DNA of 64,000 nucleotides from an uncultured Gemmatimonadales bacterium (GCA_963816355.1 CAWFKH010000003.1:1-64000), one strand, 5' to 3'. Shown: positions 1 through 9,598, numbered from the stretch's first letter. Translations and numbers: made by a program. The notes: generated by a model from the sequence alone, not told the origin.

Positions 1-152
1 AGTATGTGATTCTGAAGTACGGTGGCGCGGGTGCAGCATACTACGCGATCGGCATATCGTCCAAGGTTACCGTAGGCTTGTGGGGGAATGGGTATTTCAT
101 GTTCTATTTGGTGGATCCCCTCACTTATCGCGGTACCCTGATTGAGCAGTGA
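1..152 (+). CDS. Partial CDS (3' end), hypothetical, AT-richer than rest of window
   Basis: Open frame from position 3 (YVILKYGGAGAAYY...LTYRGTLIEQ) to TGA at 150-152; runs off the window edge. Confidence 0.4.
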   Translation, partial: YVILKYGGAGAAYYAIGISSKVTVGLWGNGYFMFYLVDPLTYRGTLIEQ

Positions 153-475
153 GCCAGTCGACAACGAACGTTCCCTCGCCTGCATCTCCGTGTGTCAATG
201 CCGTTGACACACTGCCACTCCTGGGAGTCGCGCCGGGAACGGTGGCAGGGGCGTACGCTGATCTCTCGAGGGAGGGCGTGCTGGAAGGCGATCGCGTGAC
301 AGGAACGCGTGTCCCTCCGGGCGGCCCCGATCGGCCGGAGGATGCGTACGAGGTGCTGTCGGGCCTGGTGAGGCCGATCGCAGTGGCCGCGTACCACCTC
401 GGCGTCTCGCGGGAGGAGGTGTTTCAGGCCGTGTCGGAGGCCATGAACGGGATCGTTCCCGACGACGAAGCGTGA
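149..475 (+). pseudogene. N-terminally truncated GntR (YtrA-subfamily-like) regulator
   Basis: LGVAPGTVAGAYADLSREGVL...GTRV resembles the second half of a GntR wHTH plus a short YtrA-like C-terminus (AAYHLGVSREEV); first HTH helices absent. Confidence 0.5.
190..212. promoter_or_regulatory. Perfect inverted repeat, candidate GntR/YtrA-type operator
   Basis: GTGTGTCAA-tgccg-TTGACACAC directly before the GntR-like coding remnant. Confidence 0.45.
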
Positions 476-507
476 ATCGACACGCGGGCCGCTGATCGGC
501 TCCGGCT

Positions 508-2367
508 CTACGCCGCCGCGAATCCCGCCGGCCGCTCTTCCGCAACTCCGGCGTCCCGCTCCATCGCGATCCCCACGCGCGCGATCGTGCCCTCGTCGAA
601 GAGGCGGCCGACGAGCGTGACGCCGTGCGGCGCGCGGCGCGGCGGGGAGAAGCGGGGCAGGGGATGCGCCGGATCGGGCGCCCAGTCGCTCCTCGCCTGC
701 GACACCTCGACGAAGCCCTGACGCAGCGTGAGCGACGGGTGGCCTGTGAAGTTGGAGATGACCAGCATCTCGTCGCGCAGCGATGGGACGAGGAGCAGGT
801 CGACGTCGGACATGAGGCGCGCCATCTCGCCCGCGACCTTGCGGCGCAGCCGGTCCGCCTGCACGAAGTCGACGGCGGAGAGGAAGCGGGACTCGCGGAA
901 AACGTTCGGCCACGCGTCGGCCACCTGCATCCTCATGCGGTCGGCGCGGCCGTCGAGGGTGATCTCCTCGAACGCGGCCGCCGCCTCGGCGAAGAGCACC
1001 AGGTTGAGCGCGTCGTACGGCCAGTCGGGGAGCGAGACCTCCGTCGGCACCATGCCCAGCTTCCGCGTCCGTGCGAGCGCGGCGCGGTCGACGTCGGTGG
1101 CGGGGCTCTCCTTCATCCACTGCGAGAAATAGCCGACGCGCAGCCCCTTCACGCCGGCGGCAGTGCCGGCGCTCGCGTCGAAGTCGAGCCGCGCGGGCCG
1201 GCTCGCGACGTCGCCCGCGTCCGGACCGGCGATCGCGTGCAGCACGAGCATCGTGTCTTCCACGCCGCGCGTCATCGGCCCCAGTTTGTCGAGGCTCCAG
1301 CAGAGGGTCATCGCGCCGGTGCGCGGCACGCGGCCGTAGGTGGGGCGCAGGCCGGTGACGCCGCAGCGCATGCTGGGGCCGATGATGCTGCCCTGCGTCT
1401 CGCTGCCGATGGCGAAGCCGACGAGGCCCGCCGCCGTCGCGGCGCCGGGTCCCGCGCTCGAGCCGGACGAGCCTTCCTCCGGGATCCACGGGTTCATCGT
1501 CTGGCCGCCGAACCAGACGTCGTTCAGCGCGAGCGCGCCCATGCTCAGCTTGGCGACGAGGACGGCGCCGGCGTCGTTCAGGCGCCGCACCACCGCCGCG
1601 TCCGCCGCCGGCACGCGGTCGCGGAACGGCTCGGCGCCGTAGGTCGTCGCGATCCCGGCGGTGTCGAGCAGGTCCTTGGCGCCCCACGGAACGCCGTGCA
1701 GCGGGCCGCGGTAACGGCCGGCGGCGATCTCGCGGTCCGCCCGCCGCGCCTGCGCGAGCGCGTGATCCTCGGTGAGCGTGACGACGCAGCGCAGCCGCGG
1801 GCCGTAGCGCTTCAGGCGGTCGAGGTAGATGCGCGTCAGCCGCTCGGAGGACAGCGCGCGGCTCTCGATCCAGCGCGAGAGGTGCGTCGCCGGCGCGAAG
1901 GCGATCTCCGCGTCGCTCGCCGGCAGCGGGCCGGGCTCCGCTGCGCCGCGCACGAAGCGGTCGCGCGAGGGGCCGGCGCCGGTGACGTCGTCGAGCGGGC
2001 GCCACACCGTTCCCGGCGCGAGGTCCGCCTCGAGCGCGATGGTGCGCGGGCCGGTGCGGCGCTCGAGCAGCCCGGCGAGGGAAGTGCGCCAGCTCCCGGC
2101 CACCATCGCTCGCTGCGCGTCGCTCATCCGCACCTGCGCGAGCTTCTCCGCCTCCGCGAAGGTGGCGGGCGACACGGGCGGCCCGACCGGGGGCGCCGTG
2201 TTGAAGGCGGGCGGCGTTCCAGGAGTGGCGGCGGCGCCGGTGACGCCGCCCTGCGTCGCCGCGCCGCCCGCGCCGTCGCCCGCGGCGGGGGCTCCGGCAC
2301 GGCACGCGGCGAGCGCGCCGAGCAGGCCGACGGGGGCCCGGATCAGGAACTGGCGGCGTGTGTTCAT
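508..2367 (-). CDS. Amidase signature family enzyme, Tat signal with lipobox
   Basis: KD, GSSGSS and GSETQGS amidase motifs; N-terminus MNTRRQFL...LAAC; start moved to ATG 2367 with GGAG upstream. Confidence 0.9.
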   Translation of the reverse strand: MNTRRQFLIRAPVGLLGALAACRAGAPAAGDGAGGAATQGGVTGAAATPGTPPAFNTAPPVGPPVSPATFAEAEKLAQVRMSDAQRAMVAGSWRTSLAGLLERRTGPRTIALEADLAPGTVWRPLDDVTGAGPSRDRFVRGAAEPGPLPASDAEIAFAPATHLSRWIESRALSSERLTRIYLDRLKRYGPRLRCVVTLTEDHALAQARRADREIAAGRYRGPLHGVPWGAKDLLDTAGIATTYGAEPFRDRVPAADAAVVRRLNDAGAVLVAKLSMGALALNDVWFGGQTMNPWIPEEGSSGSSAGPGAATAAGLVGFAIGSETQGSIIGPSMRCGVTGLRPTYGRVPRTGAMTLCWSLDKLGPMTRGVEDTMLVLHAIAGPDAGDVASRPARLDFDASAGTAAGVKGLRVGYFSQWMKESPATDVDRAALARTRKLGMVPTEVSLPDWPYDALNLVLFAEAAAAFEEITLDGRADRMRMQVADAWPNVFRESRFLSAVDFVQADRLRRKVAGEMARLMSDVDLLLVPSLRDEMLVISNFTGHPSLTLRQGFVEVSQARSDWAPDPAHPLPRFSPPRRAPHGVTLVGRLFDEGTIARVGIAMERDAGVAEERPAGFAAA

Positions 2368-2514
2368 GGATGCTCCACGTCCAGGGGGTCGTTCTCGAAG
2401 GGTCGAATTGCGCCTGCGCCCGACAGATCTTCCGGCATTTCCCGACACCGAGCTTCCCCACTCGCGGCGACTATTGCAACACGCAGCACGGAAACGGAGG
2501 CTGGAGGTCCGGAC

Positions 2515-3444
2515 ATGTTCAAGACGATCCTGGTGCCGCTCGACGGCTCGGCGGTGAGCGAGCAGGCGTTGCCGGCGGCGATCTCGCTGGCGCGCCATTC
2601 CGGCGCCCGCCTCCATCTGGTGCAGGTGGTCAGCGTGCAGGAGGAGAAGGAGCGCGCCTACATGGAGGGCGTGAGCGAGCGGGTCTCCGACGAACTCGGC
2701 GAATCGGTCGACTTCTGCCTCTGCGAGGAGAAGACGGCCGACCCGCTGTTCCCGCCATCCAACGCGGAGATCGCGAGCGCGCTGCGGCGCTACGGTGAGG
2801 CGCATGGCATCGACCTCGTCGTCATGTCCACGCACGGGCGAGGTGCTCTGCGCCGCGCCTGGCTGGGCAGCGTCGCGGACACCGTGATCCGCGGCAGCCG
2901 CCTTCCGGTCCTGCTGGTGCGGCCCGGCGCCGGCGAGGACGCGATCCGCCGCGCCTTCCGCCACATCGCCGTGCCGCTGGATCGGACGGAGAGCGCCGCC
3001 CGCGTCGTCGATCACATCCTCGACCTCGCCCGCGTCGAGAAGGCGGCGGTCACGCTGATCCGCATCATCCCGCCGCCGGTGCTCGTCGACGCACCATACT
3101 GGGTCGCGACGGTCGAGGACAGCGTCGACGCGATGCGCGACGTCGCTCGCCGCGAGCTCGGGCCGCTCGTCGACCGGCTGCGCGCCGCCGGCGTCGAGAG
3201 CGACGCCGTCGTCGAGATCGGGCCAGAGCCCTCTTCCGCCATCCTCGACTACGTCAGCGAGCACGGCGTCGACTTGATCGCGATGACGAGCCGCGGCCGC
3301 AGCAAATGGGAGCGGCTCCTGCTCGGCAGCGTCGCCGAGCGCGTCATCCACCACGCCCGCGTGCCGGTGCTCCTGTTCCCGCCGGTGCTGGCGGCCGCCG
3401 CGAACGTCGAGCCGGTCGAGGAGGCGACGGCGATCTCGATCTGA
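2515..3444 (+). CDS. Tandem-domain universal stress protein
   Basis: MFKTILVPLDGS; two USP domains ending THGRG...LGSVA and SRGRS...LGSVAE; GGAGG RBS. Confidence 0.92.
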   Translation: MFKTILVPLDGSAVSEQALPAAISLARHSGARLHLVQVVSVQEEKERAYMEGVSERVSDELGESVDFCLCEEKTADPLFPPSNAEIASALRRYGEAHGIDLVVMSTHGRGALRRAWLGSVADTVIRGSRLPVLLVRPGAGEDAIRRAFRHIAVPLDRTESAARVVDHILDLARVEKAAVTLIRIIPPPVLVDAPYWVATVEDSVDAMRDVARRELGPLVDRLRAAGVESDAVVEIGPEPSSAILDYVSEHGVDLIAMTSRGRSKWERLLLGSVAERVIHHARVPVLLFPPVLAAAANVEPVEEATAISI

Positions 3445-3447
3445 AGC

Positions 3448-3925
3448 GAGGTGGACCGTCGGCGAGACGGCGTTCCGCCGCGCGGGCCCCTCCGCGCGAC
3501 CTCTGGGGGTGGACCGTCGGCGAGACGGCGTTCCGCCGCGCGGGCCCCTCCGCGCGACGGGGAGCCTCCGCGGGGCGGAGTCTCCCCTGCGCTCCGGCAG
3601 GCCCGCTTCGGCGGAACGCCGTCCCGCCTCCGTTCGGGTGTGTGGGCTGGGGGGGGAGGCCAGTTCGCGCGCCGTCCGACTGCGTGATCCGCGCGGGCCC
3701 CTCCGCGCGACCTCGGGGGGTGGACCGTCGGCGAGACGGCGTTCCGCCGCGCGGGCCCCTCCGCATGACCTCTGGGGGTGGACCGTCGGCGAGACGGCGT
3801 TCCGCCGCGCGGGCCCCTCCGCGCGACGGGGAGCCTCCGCGGGGCGGAGTCTCCCCTGCGCTCCGGCAGGCCCGCTTCGGCGGAACGCCGTCCCGCCTCC
3901 GTTCGGGTGTGTGGGCTGGGGGGGC
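3448..3925. repeat. Duplicated composite structured repeat (four 58-bp-type A units, two B units; module period 269 bp)
   Basis: GGTGGACCGTCGGCGAGACGGCGTTCCGCCGCGCGGGCCCCTCCGC at ~3450, 3508, 3719, 3777; B units at ~3559-3657 and ~3828-3924; 20-bp inverted repeats 3519-3538/3609-3628 and 3788-3807/3878-3897. Confidence 0.9.
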
Positions 3926-4129
3926 GTCTGCGCCGCTGGCACGTGTCACGACGGTGAAGATCCGCTGAACGCCGGTATCGGGGGGGGGGGGGCGTGGGGG
4001 AATGCCCTGGAGTCGGGAGGCGGGCGGGGCGTAGGGGAATTTGCCGCGAGCTCCCGCCATCACCGGACAGACGGGTGGCTGCCGCGTAGCGATCTTGCAC
4101 TGCAGGCGAACCCCAGCCAGGAGGGACGG

Positions 4130-4582
4130 ATGCAGGCAAGAGAGATCATGACGGCGAATCCCGAGTTCGTGACGCCGTCCGACGGCGTGATCCGCGCCGC
4201 GTCGCTCATGCAGCTCCTCGACGTCGGCTTCATGCCGGTGGTCGAGGACCGGAATTCAATGCGGCTGGTGGGCGTGATCACGGATCGCGACCTCGCGACG
4301 AGGCACGTGGCCCCGGGCCACGCGGAGGACTGCCCCGTCGAGAAGCACATGACCGGAGACAGACTCGAGGTCGTCCATCCGGACACGGACGTGCACGACG
4401 TGATCGGCCGTATGGCCCGCCACAAGCTGCGCCGTCTGGCCGTGGTGGATCGCGAGCATCGGCTCCTCGGCGTCATCGCGCAGGCGGATGTCGCCCGCCA
4501 CGTCGGAGCGGAGGAGACGAGGCGCGTGGAACGGATGCTGGAGGAGATCTCCGAACCGGCGCCCGTCCCCGTACCGGCCTGA
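4130..4582 (+). CDS. CBS domain-pair protein
   Basis: MQAREIMT..., LVGVITDRDL, LLGVIAQADV; GGAGG RBS. Confidence 0.9.
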   Translation: MQAREIMTANPEFVTPSDGVIRAASLMQLLDVGFMPVVEDRNSMRLVGVITDRDLATRHVAPGHAEDCPVEKHMTGDRLEVVHPDTDVHDVIGRMARHKLRRLAVVDREHRLLGVIAQADVARHVGAEETRRVERMLEEISEPAPVPVPA

Positions 4583-4756
4583 CCGTCCCGCTCGGGCCGG
4601 CCGCGCGCCGCCCCGAGGCCTGCGCCCGCCGGTCGCGACTCGGCCGCTCGCCCGTGGCACCGCGTCACGGAGCGGCGCATCACGGTCGCGACCGGCGGAG
4701 CGCTCAGAGCCCTGAACAGGCCCGCCCTCCCTGCGTCGTCCGGACCCCCGCCCACG

Positions 4757-5221
4757 CTACGGCCCCTTCATAACCTCGCTCATCAGCGCCGCGGTGTTGC
4801 CCTCCGAGTCCGTGAAGAACGCCAGCCAGAGCACGCGATCTCCCAGATCGGCGACGGCGCGCGGCGGCTCGACGAAGGCGACGCCGCGCTCTTCCAGCCC
4901 GGCCTGGGCGGCCACGATGTCCGCCACGCGGTAGTAGAGAATCGACGCCGCATGGTCGAACTCCGGCTTCTCTGCCACACCCAGCATCAGGCGGATCCCG
5001 CCACAATCGAAGAACGCCATCCCCGGCACCTGGAAGAGGAAGCGCAGGCCAAGGCGGTCGCGGTAGAAGGCGACCGCGCGCTCGAGGTCCTTCACGTTGA
5101 TCATGATCTGACCGACACCGCTGATCGTGGCGTCCGCGACGGACCGGCCGCCTTCTGCGCCCGGCGCCGCCTCGATCGCGGTCGCGTCCGCGGCGGTCGT
5201 CCCGTGTTTCTCGTCCATCAT
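4757..5221 (-). CDS. VOC/glyoxalase family protein
   Basis: QIMINVKDLERAVAFYRDRLGL and FFTDSEGN motifs; start uncertain (5218/5221/5242). Confidence 0.88.
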   Translation of the reverse strand: MMDEKHGTTAADATAIEAAPGAEGGRSVADATISGVGQIMINVKDLERAVAFYRDRLGLRFLFQVPGMAFFDCGGIRLMLGVAEKPEFDHAASILYYRVADIVAAQAGLEERGVAFVEPPRAVADLGDRVLWLAFFTDSEGNTAALMSEVMKGP

Positions 5222-5248
5222 CGACCTCGTGGCAGGTTGCATCGTTTC

Positions 5249-5263
5249 GTTAGCGTAACTAAC
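5249..5263. promoter_or_regulatory. Candidate MarR operator
   Basis: GTTAG-cgtaa-CTAAC palindrome in the short AT-rich gap between divergent VOC and MarR genes. Confidence 0.55.
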
Positions 5264-5272
5264 TATATCGGC

Positions 5273-5878
5273 ATGGGCGACGACGCAAGAGAGACGAGGG
5301 GTACGCCGCGGACCGCGCGCGCGGAGAGCTATGCTGCCGCCGAAGCGGCCCGGGGCGGTGGCGAAGCGGCCCGGGGCGGTGGCGAAGCCTACGTACAAGG
5401 CGCCGGCGATGCTGCGACGGCGGCGGCCGCGGGTCGGTCCGCGGCGCACCTGGAGTCGCTGGCGACGCGGCTGCACTCGGTGGCGATCCACCTGCTGCGA
5501 CGTGTGCGTGTGGAGGACGAGGCGATCGGCGTCAGCCCGGCGCGGGCGTCGGCGCTCTCGGTGCTGGTCTTCGGGGGTGAGCGGACGGTGGGTGAGCTGG
5601 CGGCGGCGGAGCAGGTGAGCGCGCCGACGATGAGCCGGATCGTGGCGGCGCTGGAGGCGGAGGGGCTGGTGGAGCGGCGTCGCGGTGAGGAGGATCGCCG
5701 CTCGGTGGTGGTGCGGGCGACGGCGCGCGGGCGCGCGCTGCTGGCGGAGGGGCGACGTCGCCGGGTCGAGCACCTGAGGGCGCTGCTCTCGGGTCTCGCC
5801 GCGGAGGAGGTGGCCGCTCTGTCGCGCGCGGCGGTGCTGCTGGAGAAGGTGCTCCGGGATGGGGGGCGCAAGGCGTAG
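5273..5878 (+). CDS. MarR family transcriptional regulator
   Basis: ELAAAEQVSAPTMSRIVAALEAEGLVERRRGEEDRR wHTH; low-complexity N-terminal extension. Confidence 0.88.
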   Translation: MGDDARETRGTPRTARAESYAAAEAARGGGEAARGGGEAYVQGAGDAATAAAAGRSAAHLESLATRLHSVAIHLLRRVRVEDEAIGVSPARASALSVLVFGGERTVGELAAAEQVSAPTMSRIVAALEAEGLVERRRGEEDRRSVVVRATARGRALLAEGRRRRVEHLRALLSGLAAEEVAALSRAAVLLEKVLRDGGRKA

Positions 5879-5925
5879 GGCCCGGCGCGGCTCGTGCATG
5901 GACGGGGTGGTCGGAGGCGACCGAG

Positions 5926-6417
5926 ATGCGTCTGATGCCGAGCGACTGGGGTGACGTCCTGCTGCCGCACGCTCCGATCGTGGAGCTGCTGGTGCGGGGG
6001 ACGGTGCTCTACATCTTCCTTCTGGCGGCGCTGCGGGTGTTCGGCCGCCGCCAGCTTTCCCGCCTGGGGCTCTCGGACATCCTGGTGGTCTTCCTGCTCG
6101 CGACGGCGGTGCGGAACGGGCTGACGGGGCGCTACACCGGCGTCGCCGACGCTGCGATCACGGCGGCGGTCCTGATCCTGTGGGACTGGCTATTCAACGA
6201 GCTGGCCTTTCGCAGCCGCTGGGCGAGGCGGCTGGTGCGCGGCACACCGGTGATGGTGGTGCGGGATGGCGAGCTGCTGCACGAGAACGCGCGGCACGAG
6301 CGTCTGACGGAGGACGATGTGCTGGAGAAGCTCCGCGAGCACGGCGTCTCCCGTCTGGACCAGGTCCAGCAGGCCAGCGTCGAGCCGGATGGCAAGTTCA
6401 GCGTGATCCGCAAGTAG
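5926..6417 (+). CDS. DUF421/YetF family membrane protein
   Basis: Three hydrophobic segments, GRRQLSRL, VVRDGELL, LREHG, VEPDGKFSVI. Confidence 0.85.
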   Translation: MRLMPSDWGDVLLPHAPIVELLVRGTVLYIFLLAALRVFGRRQLSRLGLSDILVVFLLATAVRNGLTGRYTGVADAAITAAVLILWDWLFNELAFRSRWARRLVRGTPVMVVRDGELLHENARHERLTEDDVLEKLREHGVSRLDQVQQASVEPDGKFSVIRK

Positions 6418-6475
6418 AGCGACCCGCCGACGGCCCGCGCTTCGGCGGCCGCCCGCGGATGCGCCGAGTACGCGA

Positions 6476-9400
6476 TCAGCGGCGGAGCAGGCTCCGGGCG
6501 GCGAGCGCGCCCGCCGCGAGGCCGAGGCCGGCGAGGGCGAGGTACGCGGCGCCGCGGCTGGCGCTGGCGGGGGCGCCGTCGTCGGGCACCGACTCCGCTT
6601 CCGGCTCGTCGCTGGCGGGCAGGCGGCCCGCTTGCCGCAGGGCCATGCGGATCAGCTCCGCCAGGTGCAGCGGGCGGCGGGAGGTGTTCTGCTCGATCTG
6701 CTCGCGGCAGCTGAAGCCGTCGGTGACGACGATCGTGTCCGCGTCGGCGTCGCGGACGCGGGGCAGAAGGACACGTTCGCCGCACGCCTGCGAGATGTCG
6801 AAGTGGTCGGCTTCGAAGCCGAAGGAGCCGGCCATGCCGCAGCAGCCGGAGTCGAGGACGTCGTATTCGAGGCCCAGGTGGTCGAGCACGTTCTTTTCGG
6901 CGTCGAAGCGGAGCACGGACCTGTGGTGGCAGTGGCCGTGGACGGCGGCGCGTGCCGCGGTGGCGCCGTCGGCGGCGGAGAGTTCGGGAAGCTGGTGGAC
7001 GAAGTCCTTCGCCTTCTCGTCGAGGAACTCGCTGAGGATGTAGGTCTGCTCGGAGAGGCGCCGCGCGTCGGGGTCGTGCGGGAACATGCTCACGAGCTCT
7101 TCGCGGAAGGTGGAGACGCAGCTCGGCTCGAGGCCGACGACGGGCACGCCGGCGCGGATGTCGTCGCGCAGCGCGTCGAGGATCTGGCGCAGCAGGCGTT
7201 TCGCGACGTCGAGGGCGCCGTAGTCGTAGAGGGGACGGCCGCAGCAGAGCATCGCCTCCGGCATGCGGACGTCGAAGCCGGCGCTCTCGAGCACCTCGAC
7301 GCCCGCGATGCCGATCTCCGGGTGCCAGAAGTTGTTGAAGGTGTCGGGCCAGAGCAGGAGGGGCGGCCCGCCGGCGTTGGGGCGCGGGCGGTCGCGGAAC
7401 CAGTCGCGCAGCGTGCGTGTGGCGAAGCGCGGCATCGTGCGGTGGGTGGACACGCCGCCGATGCGCTTGATGACGCCGGACAGCGCGGGCGCGTGCATGA
7501 CGGCGTTGACGAGGCGGGGCGCGAAGGCGGCGAGGCGGGCCCACCAGTAGATGAGGCCCATGGAGTAGAAGGCGCGGGGGCGCAGGCGGCCTTCGTAGTA
7601 GTGATGGAGGAACTCGGCCTTGTAGGTGGCCATGTCGACCTGGACGGGGCAGTCGCCCTTGCAGCCCTTGCAGGCGAGGCAGAGGTCGAGGGCGTCGAAG
7701 ACCTCGTCGCTCTTCCAGCCGTCCTCGATGACGTCTCCCTGCAGCATCTCGAAGAGGAGGCGGGCGCGGCCGCGCGTGGAGTGGACCTCGTCGTGGGTGA
7801 CCATGTAGCTGGGGCACATCGTGCCGCCTTCCTTGCGGCGGCACTTGCCGACGCCGACGCAGCGCAGCGTGGCGTGGTGGAAGTCGTGGTCGTCGTGCGG
7901 GTACTGGAACGTGGTTTCGACGGGGATCGGCTCGTAGTCGCGGCCGAGGGCGAGGTTCTCGTCGGGGCGATAGGCCTCGACCACCTTGCCGGGGTTCATC
8001 CTCCACTGGGGGTCCCAGATCGACTTGAATTCGCGGAACGCGGCGACGATCTCGCTGCCGTACATCCTGGGCAGCAACGCGGCGCGGGACTGGCCGTCGC
8101 CGTGCTCGCCGGAGAGGGAGCCGCCCATGGTGACGACGAGGTCGGCGGCTTCGTCGATGAAGGCGAGGTAGGCGCGGATGCCCTGGTCGGTGGTGAGCTC
8201 GAAGTCGATGCGGGTGTGGATGCAGCCCTGGCCGAAGTGGCCGTAGAGGGCGCAGTCGTAGCCGTAGCGTTCGAGGAGCTGGCGGAAGGCGCGCAGGTAG
8301 TCGCCCACCTTCTCGGGGGGGACGGCGGCGTCTTCCCAGCCGGGCCACGTGGCGGCCTTGCCGGGGATCCAGGCGGTGGCGCCGAGACCCGCCTCGCGCG
8401 CCTGCCACACCTCCTCCTGCGTGGAGGGATCCGTGAACAGCCGCGCGACGACGCCCTTCTCCTCCGCCCAGCGCTCGAGCGCCTCCGCGTTGGCGCGGGC
8501 CTCGTCGGGCGTGTCCCCCATGAACTCGACGACGAGATAGCCTTCGCCGTCCGGCAGGTACTGCAGCGCGCCGGAGTGCGTGCCGGTGCGGCGGATGTCG
8601 TTGATCAGGTGGGAGTCCATCCCCTCCAGGCCGATCGGACGGAACTTCATCACCTCGACTACGTCGTCGCCGGCGTGGTAGACGTCCGGGTAGCCGAGCA
8701 CGATCAGCGCGCGGTGCTTCGGCTCCGGACACAGCTTGACCGTGATCTCGAGCGTGAGCGCGCACGTGGACTCGGTGCCGACGAGCGCGCGCGCCACGTT
8801 GAAGTCGTTCTCCGGCAGCAGCTCCGGCAGGTTGTAGCCGGAGACGCGGCGCGGGATGTCGGGGAAGCGCTCGCGGATCAGGTGGGCGTAGCGGTCGCGC
8901 AGGTCGCGCAGCCGGCCGTAGATCTCGCCGCGGCGGCCGCCGCCGTCGACGATGTGCTGCAGCAGCGCCTCGTTCGTGGGGCCCACCTTGAGCACCTCGC
9001 CGTCATAGGTGACGACGACGAGCTCCTCGACCTGCTGTTCGGTGCGGGGGCCGGGCCCGTAGTTCGCCGCGAGCACGGAGTGGATGCCGCACGAGTTGTT
9101 GCCCACCATGCCGCCGAGCGTGCAGCGGTTGTGCGTGGCGGGATCGGGGCCGTAGGTAAGGCCGAACTCCTTCGCCGCGGAGCGCAGGTCGTCGAGCACG
9201 CAGCCGGGCTGGACGCGGGCGATGCGGCGCTCCGGATCGACTTCGAGCACGCGGTTCATGTACTTCGAGAAGTCGATCATGACGGCGACGTTGCAGCACT
9301 GGCCCGCGAGGCTCGTTCCACCGCCCCGGGCGATGATCGGCGCGCCGTGGCGCCGGCAGATCTCGACCGTCTTCAGCACGTCGTCGGTCGTCTTCGGCAG

Positions 9401-9598
9401 CACGACGCCGATCGGGATCTGGCGGTAGTTGGACGCGTCGCGCGAGTACGCGCCGCGCGTGCCGCGATCGAAGCGGACCTCGCCGTCGAGCGCGGCGGCG
9501 AGGTCACGGGCGAGGGCGTCGGAATCGGCGGCGGCGGCGTCGCGGTCGGGGCCGCTCTCGGCATCGGTGTGCGTGCGCAGCTGGACGAGTGTGCTCAT
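6476..9598 (-). CDS. FAD-binding/(Fe-S)-binding oxidoreductase (YdiJ-like GlcD-GlcF fusion)
   Basis: RGGGTSLAGQ, GEHGDG, CVGVGKC, CLACKGCKGDCP, two CCG motifs; hydrophobic C-terminal tail. Confidence 0.92.
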   Translation of the reverse strand: MSTLVQLRTHTDAESGPDRDAAAADSDALARDLAAALDGEVRFDRGTRGAYSRDASNYRQIPIGVVLPKTTDDVLKTVEICRRHGAPIIARGGGTSLAGQCCNVAVMIDFSKYMNRVLEVDPERRIARVQPGCVLDDLRSAAKEFGLTYGPDPATHNRCTLGGMVGNNSCGIHSVLAANYGPGPRTEQQVEELVVVTYDGEVLKVGPTNEALLQHIVDGGGRRGEIYGRLRDLRDRYAHLIRERFPDIPRRVSGYNLPELLPENDFNVARALVGTESTCALTLEITVKLCPEPKHRALIVLGYPDVYHAGDDVVEVMKFRPIGLEGMDSHLINDIRRTGTHSGALQYLPDGEGYLVVEFMGDTPDEARANAEALERWAEEKGVVARLFTDPSTQEEVWQAREAGLGATAWIPGKAATWPGWEDAAVPPEKVGDYLRAFRQLLERYGYDCALYGHFGQGCIHTRIDFELTTDQGIRAYLAFIDEAADLVVTMGGSLSGEHGDGQSRAALLPRMYGSEIVAAFREFKSIWDPQWRMNPGKVVEAYRPDENLALGRDYEPIPVETTFQYPHDDHDFHHATLRCVGVGKCRRKEGGTMCPSYMVTHDEVHSTRGRARLLFEMLQGDVIEDGWKSDEVFDALDLCLACKGCKGDCPVQVDMATYKAEFLHHYYEGRLRPRAFYSMGLIYWWARLAAFAPRLVNAVMHAPALSGVIKRIGGVSTHRTMPRFATRTLRDWFRDRPRPNAGGPPLLLWPDTFNNFWHPEIGIAGVEVLESAGFDVRMPEAMLCCGRPLYDYGALDVAKRLLRQILDALRDDIRAGVPVVGLEPSCVSTFREELVSMFPHDPDARRLSEQTYILSEFLDEKAKDFVHQLPELSAADGATAARAAVHGHCHHRSVLRFDAEKNVLDHLGLEYDVLDSGCCGMAGSFGFEADHFDISQACGERVLLPRVRDADADTIVVTDGFSCREQIEQNTSRRPLHLAELIRMALRQAGRLPASDEPEAESVPDDGAPASASRGAAYLALAGLGLAAGALAARSLLRR

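Noticed and set aside
1..475. Toxin-immunity gene pair suggested by GTGA overlap and low GC
   Set aside because: The downstream frame resembles a GntR fragment, and too little of the upstream gene is visible
508..2367. gatA (Glu-tRNA amidotransferase subunit), also for 29354-31072
   Set aside because: Both carry Tat export signals and have no gatB/gatC neighbours
3448..3925. CRISPR array
   Set aside because: Units are separated by repeated, not unique, sequence and there are no cas genes in the window
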